Positions 28,654-41,388 of a stretch of DNA of 64,000 nucleotides are shown in pieces. A program made the translations under genes and the position numbers. Position 1 is the first letter of the stretch; each line of letters opens with the position of its first letter. The DNA comes from Blastocystis sp. Blastoise (lineage: Eukaryota; Protista; Bigyra: Opalinata): NCBI GenBank assembly GCA_039096225.1, contig JBBPEB010000011.1, forward strand, positions 310,001 to 374,000. The letters are read 5' to 3'. The notes below the pieces were generated by a model. That model did no database searches and had not been told where the DNA came from. It was given only the letters and a program-made list of their open reading frames with translations.

Positions 28654-29573
28654 TAATTTTAGCATAAAGATATTATAATGCTATATATATATGTATGTAT
28701 ATACATAGTTTGTGTATTGTGGATTAGCATAAAGAATATAATACATCCAATAATCTAAGAATAAATAATTACTACTATCTGTATTATGAAGAATCTATAT
28801 ATAAGTATAATAATAAAATAATATTCATAATTATTATTATTACACATAAGATAAACATATATATATATACCCTCATATATTGTTTACATAGGTTTGTGTG
28901 TGTATTTGTGGCTATACTTATATATTCTACCATCATGAGCTCATAATCGCGGGGATTCACATCATCAGATTCTATATATATATACATAAAATAATATGAA
29001 TAGAATCATATATATATGACTAGATATTCATATATATATACTCCATGTATTCGGTTTAATATTATTTCGAAGAATCGAAATAATATCCGTACAAATATCG
29101 TGATCCGTACAACTCAGTAAGAAGTTTACCTATAATAGAATAATGACTATTATAGTATTAATATTGCTCATAAAGTATATCTTAGATGTATAACCTATAT
29201 ATAATTATTAATAGATATATACATACAATAGAGGGAATATCTTGGATGTTACAAGTCGTTAGGTTATTGACATATGTGTCTCGATATCGTTGAATCTGAT
29301 TGGATGTCAAAGAGATATTCTGTAAGCACGTGTATATCGTAGAAATGAGTGGTTTTTCAGAAATTAGTAACGAACATAATTGTGAAAAAACAGTCTATAT
29401 AAATTGATATTTATATATAAATAAATATATATATATGTAGATATACATCAATTTGGTCTTCATTAATTAATTCTGGTAATATATAAATAAGTTCTTTTTG
29501 TACAGAAACACTACATGTCTATATATAAAAATATGTATAATATATACATATATATTGTTTTAATAATATTGAA

Positions 29574-29616
<43 letters not shown>

Positions 29617-30392
29617 TTGTAACGCTTGGAGTAATGAATCACAAATAGAATTGTGTTCCAAACGAATGAAACTCAGCCAACGAAATTGCATTAATATTAA
29701 CTGAATTAAACTGCCATCTTCATATTCATCACTTCCATTTTCTATTACCTTTATATATATATAATAAGAATACATAACATATATAATGAAACAATAAATT
29801 CAATAAATATATAATAAGAATTTTAATAATAAAAAGAATAGTTCGTTACCTTATCTAAAAGAATATCTAGAATATTCTTTTGTAAAGTATCTAATCGCAT
29901 AAGAAGTCGACAAACAGAATCTTGTGACACACCATAATGAGAAACTAAATAAGAATTTTCATATTCTATAGAATAAAAAATATATATTATACTTTGTAAG
30001 TCGTCATTTTCTGAAGTACGTAAAAAAATAGGATGAAGGACCGTTTTAAAATTAGCAGTATCAGCGATATAATTCTCGAAACCTGATCAATTATAATATT
30101 CTACATACAATAATATACTTGAATAAAATCCATTCACTGTTTCATCTGTTTTCAACGTTTCTTTCAAAGAACTAAGGGACTTTATTGGATCATGAGAAAT
30201 AAATTTTTCTATTTATATAATTAATACATTCTGGTATATTCATACTGTATTTTTCAGATAAAATAATATCACAATTCTTCAAAGTAGTTAAGAAAGGAAA
30301 CTCTGTTACTAATTCCTCGTTAATTACTTGAGAACTCACTATTCATTTTAGTAAATAGATAACGTTGATGCAAAATATATACATGATTCCAT
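23201..30392 (-). CDS. FANCD2: Fanconi anemia group D2 protein, about 25 exons
   Basis: QDSVCRLLMRLDTLQ, LILMQFRWL, QKELIYILPELI, DELTILTRKYL (monoubiquitination-site region), KRVGVIG, IDGLLGCPI, QKSTRQVQALCSHSK, EAFWLGNLK.R; acidic tail. All junctions GT-AG and in frame; start codon tentative. Confidence 0.93.
25661..25870. repeat. (ATATA)n pentanucleotide microsatellite in a FANCD2 intron
   Basis: About 210 bp of uninterrupted ataat units. Confidence 0.97.
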
Positions 30393-31016
30393 CTATATTT
30401 AATGAACTGTATGTAGAAAATGATATTTGTTATACGGAAACCGCGCTTTTTTATTTTCATTTTCGTATTTTATTATCATTCTTTCGTATTCTTATGTATG
30501 TATTTTCACTATCTAGATGTTTATAACAAGGAATGCAGCAATATAAATTATTTAATATATTTAGATTATCACATATAAAAGAAATGATTCTTTTTATATG
30601 ATTTATAATTCCTCTCTCCTACAAACTATTCTGAACCTATTTAAATGTTTCATATATAAATGAACATAATCTACAACTATGATCAATCTCATTTAAAAAT
30701 AACTCTGTCATAATGCCTCGATATTCATATTTTTCACAATACTGTAAGCTCATGAATATAATCATGTAGTTAATATTCTAAAAAGGAAAATAAATAATTA
30801 AAAAAACTCATAAAAATGAAAAGTTGGATAATTGCGGGGATTTGTAAAGAGTTGAGTCGTTTTTTATACTTACAAGACATGAGCTTTCAAAGAAAAATAA
30901 ATTGTTCTTATTTGTATAGATCTTATACTAGTAGTTTGTTTAAAATTTAGATAGATTTATCTGATTCTATTCTCTTCGTAAGAACTATTTAATAAAAGTC
31001 GCTAGAATTATAAACA

Positions 31017-32005
31017 ATGTCTTATAAAGATCTTGAAGCAAAAGTATCAAAGATTTTCAGTGATCTTAACTCATTGAAAACGGATTGGGAAATCCGAAGA
31101 CAAGCATTAATTGACTTGAAAGAACTTATATATTCTCCTCAGTATGCTAATGTAGATTGGTCGAGCTTAATTTCCCATGGTAATGGTTTTCAATTAACTA
31201 GTCAAGTATTTTAGATTATAGATTTACTCTTCATTATTAGTACTATCCTGTTTCTTATATATTATTTAAATATTATTGTTTTTTAGATGACAGATAATCG
31301 TAGTTCTATTGTAAGTGCAGCATGTGAAGCTGTTGAAGCTTTATCTAAAACAGGTCCCTCTATAGCAGAACGAATGTCATACATCTATGCTGGTGTTCTT
31401 GAAAAAGTCGGATCTGGAAACACTGTATTTATTATTATAGATGTTTTATTTATATATATAGTATAATAAAATAATTTCTTTATTATTATTATTATTATAT
31501 AGGTAATCAGTTCTTATTGTCAAAAATGTTGCATTAATATTGTCTCAAATAGACCTTTTCGTAAACTATTTTCTTATTTAGCTAAAAATATTAATAGTCC
31601 CAAGTATATATATATATATTTATAGCTGCTTTTTTTATTATTCTTTTAAAACTTAAGATATTATTATTATCAATGATATATATAGTGATAATATGAAAAC
31701 ATGTATAATAGAGTCCACGTGCATAGCATGTGAGTCATGGCCAATAGAATACATTTCTGGTAATCAAGAACTTATTCAAATCATTTCTGTAAGTTATTTA
31801 TGTTTAAATATTTTATATATTTTTTTATTCTGTTTTTTTATTTTTATTTTATTTTATTTATTATTTTTATTATTATATTTTTATTTATTAATTTTATTAA
31901 ATTATATTTATACTTATTATTTTTATTATTAAATTTTTATTTATTAATTTTATTATATTATATTTATATTTATTATATTAATTCAATGCTATACAATGTA
32001 TATAT

Positions 32006-32036
<31 letters not shown>

Positions 32037-33721
32037 ATAGTCAACCATTGGTGGTGCGTCTCAAATCGTACGTGATAAGGCACGTGACGCTTATATAGCA
32101 GTTCAACGTCGAGATCCTACAACTGCATCTTCTATATATGCTAAACTTGATTCAAGTACTCAATTTAAATTGGATTCTGCTGTTCAAAGTAGAAAATCAA
32201 CACCTGTATATATATATTAAGTCCTCTATTTATTTTATTTATTTAATTATTTACTATATTATTTATTTATTTATTAATTAAAATACTTATTAATTAATTA
32301 AAGCATTAATTTACTAATGTATTTATCTATTAATTATTCAATTCAATAATGAATACATTTCTCTATATATTTCTCTATAAAGGATTCTACTCCTCGTCGT
32401 CCTATTCCTAAAGCATCTCCTTCTCCTTCTCCATTTACTAATAATACCGATTCTATGAGTAAAACAATGCCTTATAACTCTCGTCGTGGTGTTCCTAAAC
32501 CTAATTATATCAGTAAAACTACTTCGACTACTCTTTCAGATCGTCCTATAACTAGTCCTATAAATATAACTAATATAAATATAAATGCTACTTCACCAAA
32601 TATAGGAAATACAATAACTAATAAGCAATTTATAGCTTCTTCTGGTAGTGGAATGACATCTCCTACTATTAATTCACCTGCCTCTCTTCCTGTACCATCT
32701 CTTGTTTATCCTTATTCAAGAACTGGAGCTTCAAGAACTACAAAACCAATTAGTAATCTTCCTATACGTCCTGTTGTGAATACAGATATATATAAAACAA
32801 TGACTGAATTTGAAGGAATACGCTTAAATGCTCATGTTATATTTAATATACCGAATGAAGAACAACGAATGGAAGGAGAAGTCAAATATATTGGTATATA
32901 TAATGCTTATTATTTTGTATATTATTTTGTATATTATTATTATTATTATTATTATTGTTATATATTGGTTATATTCCTGGTTATAAGCATGTCTACGTAG
33001 GTATTGAAGCGGATAGGGTCTTTAACAAGGGAGGTACCAGCGTTATTGGAGGTATTACATTCTTTTCATGTCAACCAGGTAAAGCAATCTTCCTTAAGCC
33101 ATCTTCTGTTATACCTATAGACTCTCGTATATATATATATACATTATTATTATTATTATATACTATACTATATATATGATTATATAATTTAAATATATAT
33201 TATGATTATATATACTTTTCCCTAGCTTCAGCGGCTATAGGTCTCTCTGTTCCCCTATCTGTAAGGTCTGCTGTCCCTATCGTCCCTACTGTTCCTATTA
33301 TGCCACAAATTACGCCTTCTCCTGCCCTCAATTCGGATATGGAAGAATTATATAAAATACTAGGTGCTCATCGATTGTTTATTAATGATTCACTTGATCA
33401 ATTTGTAGACCAAGTATATATATATATATATAGAAATATAGAATTATATAGAAATATAATTTTTAACTATTTTCATACATTGATATATCATATATATATA
33501 GAATTATATATATATAATTTTCTACCTTATTATATTTCTATTAATTCTTATTCCCTCTCATTCTTTATTAGTTAAACATGTTGTCGGGATTTGAATCAGA
33601 TACATGTACACAACAACAAAAACGTACTTATTATGACACCACAATTCCCGCGATTAAAAAGATCTGTGATGATGCTCAAGAATTATTGAAAATGTTAGAA
33701 GCTAATAAACCAAGAGATTAA
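31017..33721 (+). CDS. Microtubule-associated protein: CLASP-type TOG + Ser/Thr/Pro linker + CAP-Gly + helical tail, 9 exons
   Basis: DWEIRRQAL, TDNRSSIVSAAC, VRDKARDAY (CLASP_N TOG). GEVKYIG...YVGIEAD...GGITFFSCQPGKAIFLKPS (CAP-Gly). One junction lacks the expected AG (see findings). Confidence 0.85.
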
Positions 33722-34494
33722 TATATATATATATATATATATATAGAATAACTATAATTTTTATATTATATTTATATTTAATTTATATTCATTATTACAT
33801 TTTTTTTACATATAAATAACTCTTATTTTTGTGATTGCTATCCATTTCTATTTCATTTATTAAATCTTTTTATTTATATACATAATCTACGTATGTCTTT
33901 CATTTTTATATTTATTTATCTTTTTGGCTTTTTATTATGATCTAATATCTTTTTCTTCTTTTTTTCATTATTTCCTTTCATATATGCATAATATTTCATA
34001 ATTTATACACTAACACTTTCAATTGTCTTTGTAATTTAAAATAAAACGTTTTGTTTCGTTTATTATATATTCATAAAATATATATTTATAGTATAATAAT
34101 AGAATTCCTTTTCATTATATATAATAATTATTATCATATTAAATTATTATGATATACTGAAAAAGATATTTTAATTCTTGTTGTTATTAGTGTTTTTCTA
34201 TTGAAATATTGCTAATAGCATAGGAGACAACTAACACTATAATTTTACTCATTAATATATAACTATTTATGATTCTATTCTTTCTCTATGTTATTAATAA
34301 GAAAGATACTGTTTCTGATAGATATGTTTATAAATCATAAAGATACTATTAAATATTTATTCATTAGTTGAGTTTCAATAAACAAACTAAAATTATAACG
34401 ATTAATAAATTATGAATCAAACATAATAAAAATGAAAAAGTAGAAAAATTATGTTCTTCAATTTATATATTATTATTAAATATATAATAAATAA

Positions 34495-35638
34495 TTATAT
34501 ATTATTTTTATTATTCGTATTTGTGTTTATAGCTTGCGTTAATGATGTTAACTCTGGATCTTTTTCTATTTGTATACAAATATGACTAAATACAGACTCC
34601 AAAATAGTATGAACATTCAATAATATATTCTATAGAGATAAGAAATAGAAGATATAATTATATATATATAAGGAATAGAAGATATAATTATGTATATAAG
34701 GAATAATATATATATAATTATAGATATATAAGAAATAATATATATATAATTATAGATATATATACTTGTTCATCAACAGAGCGATGTACTCTTAAAATAA
34801 TAGTACAACAATAATCATCTATATATATATATTATAAAAGGAATAGAAGGTATAATAATAATAATTATTATTATTATTATATATATATATACTTGGAGCT
34901 ACAGTCCATATATGAAATGTTTTTATTTGTAGAATGCCTTCAATAATAGATATCTTATTTAAATAGGATTCTACAGCAGTATATATATGTTGAGGTACTG
35001 TTTGAAGCAAAATAAGACAAGAATACTATTATAGTATATATTATTATAGTATATAGTATTACATAGAAAAAAAAAAGAAATGATTAAAAATAAATATATA
35101 TATATATATAATACTAATATTAATATACTTTAGCTCGCTTAAATGTGCAATATATAATATAAAATAATGTAATTGTACCAGAACAAAGATCAATTAAACC
35201 ATCAGGCTATATATATATATATATATAATTGTTTGAAAAATAGGACAATTAAATAAAGATAATAATATAAAATATAAAAGACTACTAAATATTTATATAC
35301 AGAATGTGTGAATTTTTGAATTGCCATGAATATAATATCAATAAAGAAATGAATGGTATCTTCATCATTATAAAAATGACTATTATTATAATTATAATTA
35401 GGAATATATTTCCCCATAAAACGATCTCGTATAGGTCCGAATAAATTTAAATTAATCACTAAAACAACAAATGAAATAACCATGGTAAAACGAGGTAAAT
35501 GAATAATGGCATTTAAATCATCTAATCGATGCTGAGATTCCATAAATAAAAATAAACATAACTATATATATATAAATAATATTAAATAATTTTGAATATT
35601 AAATAATTATTAAAATATATACAAACGGTATGATAATG

Positions 35639-35705
<67 letters not shown>

Positions 35706-36222
35706 AATAAGATAGAAATAGAAATTGTAAAAACAGAAAGAACTTCATGTCGTTCAAATCCATATGTATATCTATATATATAAAGTAGTATATAAAATAG
35801 AATATAAATATATAATCATATATACTTAAATGTTGGTTTTCTTTTAGATAAAATTGTAGAATTGCATATAACAACAAAAAAAGCGATTTGTTCTATCAAA
35901 TGAAGAGATCCAACAAGCATAGCTGTATAAGTTAATTAATATTTAATAGGAAATATGTATAATATAATAAAGATACCATAGGATCCAGAAATCCAAAAAG
36001 TATAAAGTTGCCATATCAGCATGGCAAAGAAAATGAAGAAAGTAATTAAAACCGTTTTGTTTGAACTATACTTATAATCTCATATGAAGAATAAACGAAT
36101 ATTCTATACTAGATAACATTTTTATTGTCCTTAATGTACTGAAATGTGCTTTTGTCAGCATCAGAAGATAAATCAATACCTCCTGGTACCCTATTAGGTT
36201 TCATACCTTTTGTTGCAAACAT
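34495..36222 (-). CDS. Cation diffusion facilitator (ZnT/SLC30-like) metal transporter, 9 exons
   Basis: SKRKPTFKYTYGFERHEVL, TM5 HFFID, ILLQTVP, FHIWTVAP, HICIQIEKD; six hydrophobic segments; junctions in frame. Confidence 0.88.
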
Positions 36223-37000
36223 TCTAAGGAATGAATAAACTAGAATATGTTTAAAAAATTAAAATATAAAATAATCTTGAATAGATTTGTTTTTAAAGTT
36301 CAAAAAGCTTTTTTTTATAGTATTAAATAAAAATTTATTTTTCTTGTTCAATTTGTTGTATACAAGGATAAAGAAATATGTAAATTATCTATCATAAGTT
36401 TATAAATAAGAAAAAATAAAATATCATATTCTTTTTATAATTTTAAAGATGTAATTAATTTCTTGTTGGAAAAATAATTGTCAAAGAATGTTCTAATCAT
36501 ATGTTTGATCAATAAATATAACTAAATAGAATATAAAAGAAAATTTATGCTACACAACAAGAAAAACCAGCACCATTTTAAGAAAAAAGAATATGTTGAA
36601 ATAAGAAGAGTATATATATAAATATTTGTATTATATTTATATAGATATATCTACTCTAACAGTAAGAAAAAAAGAAAAGAGAAAAAAGAATCAAGGAAAT
36701 AAGAAAAATTATATTCTTTTCTTTTAAATAAATAAATTAACTATAATGAATATATCAAAATAAAATATTATCTAACACTAAGATCTAGATGAAGAAAATT
36801 TATATATACATAAATATAATAGGAGAGAAGTCAAAAATAAAAAGAAATAATAAAAAAGAAATGATTTTGAAAATATTATATATTTTATAGAATAAGAATA
36901 ATAGATATATAAATGAAATAATTTTGTTTAATTTTATAGAAAATATATTATATATATAATAAATAAATATATATAAGTATTTATATATATATATTAACAG

Positions 37001-37565
37001 TTATTCAGTAATACTAGTGTCTTTATATACATTAGAAGCAGAAGGTTTCACTTTCTTTAAATAACGAATAATCTTCTTCTTCTTATTTAAAGAGACTTTT
37101 TTAAACTTTCTTAAGTCAATAGTATGTATCTTATTCGTTTTACGTAGTTTATTATTACTATCAGGATTAGATAATGTTACTGATGATGTTGTTCTCACTT
37201 GTTTATTCATAGTACGAACTGACGAATCACCTTTGCTTATTGTACGAATAGGTACATACCCTCTTCGTTTTCGACATATATAAGTAATAGAAGTATCATT
37301 AACAGAATTCTCTAATTCCTTTTTAAATAGATCATATACGACTTTCATCGTCACCTCATTATTCGTATCCCACTGTAAACGCCATTTCTTAGCATAATTT
37401 GAACTATATATAGAGGTATATTCATAGTTATAAGATATATTAATAGTATATATTTAGATTATATATATATAGTTATATATATATATATACGATGGATGTG
37501 GAATATCAAATGCGAATTGTTGGGATAAAACAGCAAATTTAAAACTATATATATATTTGTAAATA

Positions 37566-37611
<46 letters not shown>

Positions 37612-37714
37612 CAATTCTACGTAAATGGTCGATATATTGTATTTTATTGAATCCATAATCAATAAATCGCTCGTCAAACAAGGGTAAATACTCAGAACGT
37701 TTCACAACTACATA

Positions 37715-37753
<39 letters not shown>

Positions 37754-38792
37754 AAGAAAGTAATAATAAATAATAATTATTATATTATCATTATCATTAT
37801 TATTATTATATATATACGGTTCTTGTAGTTCATTGATACAAGATAAAAATGTTAATTGAGTTGTTTCAGCTAGAGTAAACCAATGCGAAAACATATAATC
37901 CTATTAATATATATATATATATATATATATAGAATCAATAGATAGAATAAATATTTAACCCCTATATATAAAGAATATATATACATGTGTTTCTGTTTCG
38001 GGTCTGAATGTTTGGCAATTCTCTTCTGAAATACAATTAATAAGTTCTTTTTTATTTCTTGGAATATGAGGAACAACACTATATATATATATATAGTTAT
38101 CTTTATAATATATCATAAAGATGAAACGAAATATTTCTTTTAAAACAATAAGAATTATGAAATATATATATATATATATATGTTTAATAGTATAGTATAG
38201 TATAGTATAGTATAGTATATATACGTATCAATGCATCCTTTGAATCCTCCACAGTTGAGATATCCGCTGTTAGCAGAGAAACTGAATGAAGGAATAATAA
38301 TAGCCATAAAATCATCCTTTAAGAAACTAGAACGAAGATTACAAAGAGCTTCATATGTATGTTCTATATATATAAAATATATATTGAAATAGAAACAAGA
38401 TATTAATGAAAATACTAGATATAGAATATATTAATGAATAAAAATAAGAATACAAAAAATAAGAATAAACATATAATAATAAAATAATAAATAATTTTTC
38501 AAAAAAGTATATATATATATATACTAGTGGGCCACATGTCCATATCGGCAATCCAGAAATGAGATGTTTCTACATGTTTAATAGCGATATTACGTAATTT
38601 ATTAATAGGATATTCTTTAGAAGTATCTTGTACAACTAAAGAAGTCAGTTTCATTCGCGGGAAAATCTCTGTTGTTTGGCGGTAAGCCTCAAATTTGGCA
38701 ATTTCACTTTTATTCATATATACAGCTATACTCATTGGTCTATATAATCAATTATTTTTATTTATAGAAAATACTACTTATTTTATATAAAG

Positions 38793-38823
<31 letters not shown>

Positions 38824-39421
38824 CCCCTTCCAGAATCCTTGTAAATAAGCAAGATAAAACAAACGAACAGTACTAAAAAAATGAATATATTATTAAATAT
38901 AAAAAAAGTGATATATTATTAAATAAAAAAAAGTGAATATATAATTAAATAAAAAAAGTGAATATATTATTAAATATAAAAAAAGTGAATATATTATTAA
39001 ATAAAAAATGAATATATAATAATGTTTTTAAAATATATTATTATACAAAAAATAGCAATATTAAATAATAAAAGCATACGATGTTTGAGAGATAAGAGTA
39101 ACATCATAGACTTCTTTTTCTTGTACCGGTAAAGATGTTTTCTCGAGAAATTCTGCTTTTAATGTCAAATTAGTTTCATAGTTTGAAACAAGGTACTATA
39201 TATATAAATATAATTATCGTACATGAATCATGAAAAAATATTGAAGATATACATCTGTGTTTTGAGGAATGAAATAATTATGTTTTGTTAGAAAATGAGA
39301 ATTCGATAAAAGTATCATATCTGTCATAATAAATAACCTAATAGAAAATAAATTATTCCCAATGTGCATATCATATATACATTAAAAGCAGAAGAAGAAC
39401 AAAAATATAATGTTTTGGCAT
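37001..39421 (-). CDS. LARGE-like GT49 glycosyltransferase (type II membrane), 11 exons
   Basis: N-terminal anchor; DVTLISQ...WKGPMSIAVY, YPINKLRNIA, DxD motif (IADMDMWP), QEPYVVV, PLFDERFIDYGFNK, F..DIPH. Confidence 0.9.
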
Positions 39422-39704
39422 TTTGAAATAATAGTTCCTTTAACGTTTCTACTTTGATATATATTGATGTGAAGATACAGAATCTTTTAGAATCAAAATA
39501 TATGCAAATACGTTAGATTTGAAATACGAATTCTTAAATAAGAAGATGAAAAACAAAAAGTATTCAAGTCATTTCATAAAATCATGATTTCCACAGAAAT
39601 TTCGTGTAGTGTAGTTCAAATTTGCGTTTTATTATGGATTTTAGTTTTCCCATCTTTTTTTCTGTTTATAATACTATAAATACCATATATTTTAAAATAA
39701 CTTA

Positions 39705-40448
39705 ATGTTTTCATCAGAATCTCATTTACGTCGAAGAACTGGTAAATATGGAACTCCAAGATTTGAATATTTACAACAATTAATTCAAGAATTTCAAGAT
39801 ACAGAAGACATAGAATCAAAACGACAAATTATTTGTAACTTAGCTAATTTTGCATATGATCCAATCAATTATGGGTTTTTTAGAGAATTAAATATAGTAT
39901 ATATATTTCTAGCATATAGATATTAAGTCACAAATATAGTTTGAACTTTTCTTGGATTGTTTAACGGAAGATAATGATGATATTAAAGAATTTGCTATAG
40001 GAGGTCTTTGCAATGGAATCTGTGGTATATATATAAATATATAAATATAACATAATAATACTTATTTTAATATTAACGAATCCTTGCTTTTATTTTCAAT
40101 AGATTTAGAGAATATGAAAGTAATTTCAGAAAATATTGAAATAAAAGATATTATACGATTATTATCCAGTACGAATGTCAATACTGTTTTACATACAATA
40201 ACTACTTTATATTATATGTTAGAAGAAGAGTCTCTAAGGCCAAGTATTTATTATTCACATATATATTTTATATTAATTTTTTATGAATTAAAATGATATC
40301 TGCAATTCTTAAATACAATATATATATAGAATTAATAAAAAAGAATATTCTTCATGCAATGAGTAATTATAAAGATTGTTCAAATAAAGCTTTATCAAAT
40401 TTAGCGACTATATATCTAGAAAAATGTGAACAATATAAAAACAAATAA
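39705..40448 (+). CDS. ARMC7: Armadillo repeat-containing protein 7, 4 exons
   Basis: MFSS...RTG..G..RFEYLQQL..EFQ, NLANFAYDPINY, LFLDCL, EFAIGGLCN. Confidence 0.93.
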
Positions 40449-40475
40449 AATACATATGTTTCTTCAATAATTTGT

Positions 40476-40483
40476 TGTTTGTT
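40476..40483 (+). terminator. TGTTTGTT 3'-end motif (candidate polyadenylation downstream element)
   Basis: Exact motif about 30 bp after the ARMC7 stop. Also exact on the minus strand at 62803-62810 after the C45 gene, with TGTTTTTGTT variants after the karyopherin and FANCD2 stops. Confidence 0.45.
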
Positions 40484-40702
40484 TTTCTATAAATAATTGT
40501 TAATGAAAGCTTTAGTCAATAGCAATATAAAATTATTAGTGAATTATCAAAAATGTTATAGCAAAACAAAAAATATATCAATAATGTTCAACTATATAGA
40601 AGAATAATGTATATAAATGATTTAAAAAGATTTATAATACATAAAATATATATATATATAAGCACTCAATAGAAAATGACTTGAAAGTTTAATGTAGTAA
40701 TT

Positions 40703-41388
40703 TTAAGCACAAACAGCATTACCACCTTGAACAGCAAGAACTAGAGCAATAATTAAACCATAAAGAGCAAGAGCTTCTCCGAAAATAAGCATAAGAATCA
40801 TAGCTACGAAAAGACTTTCTTGTTGACCAACAGCTCTGACAGCTATATTAATATATATAATTATATGTTATTTAATATATATATAATTATATGTTATTTA
40901 ATATATATATATATATAATTATATATGTTATTTAGAATATATATTTATATAATTATTTTAAAAATAATAATTCAAATCAATTAAAAATATAGCAAATATA
41001 TACCAGCATCACCAGCAATACCAATAGATAAACCAGCAGCTAAACAAGAAAGACCACAAGATAAACCAGCAGCTAAGTGAGCATAACCCATATAACCAGA
41101 ATATCTGTTAAATCCATTTTCAGGAACAGGAATGTAAAGAAGCATGACAATAGAAGCAATTAAACCATAAATACCTAAGACACCAGCCATAATGACAGGA
41201 AGAAGGTTTCTCATAACTTTTTGAGGTTTAAAGACAGCCATAGAGCATACACCAACACCAGCCTTAGCAGTACCATAAGCAGAACCAAGGTTAGCAAAAA
41301 CGATGGAAGCAGCTACACCCATGAAACCAAAGAAGGGAGCAGAAACAGGACAAAGTTCATCAATAGTAGCTAAAAAAGTAGAATTCAT
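40703..41388 (-). CDS. ATP6V0C: V-type ATPase proteolipid subunit c, 2 exons
   Basis: [46 protein letters not shown] with the catalytic Glu. Confidence 0.98.
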
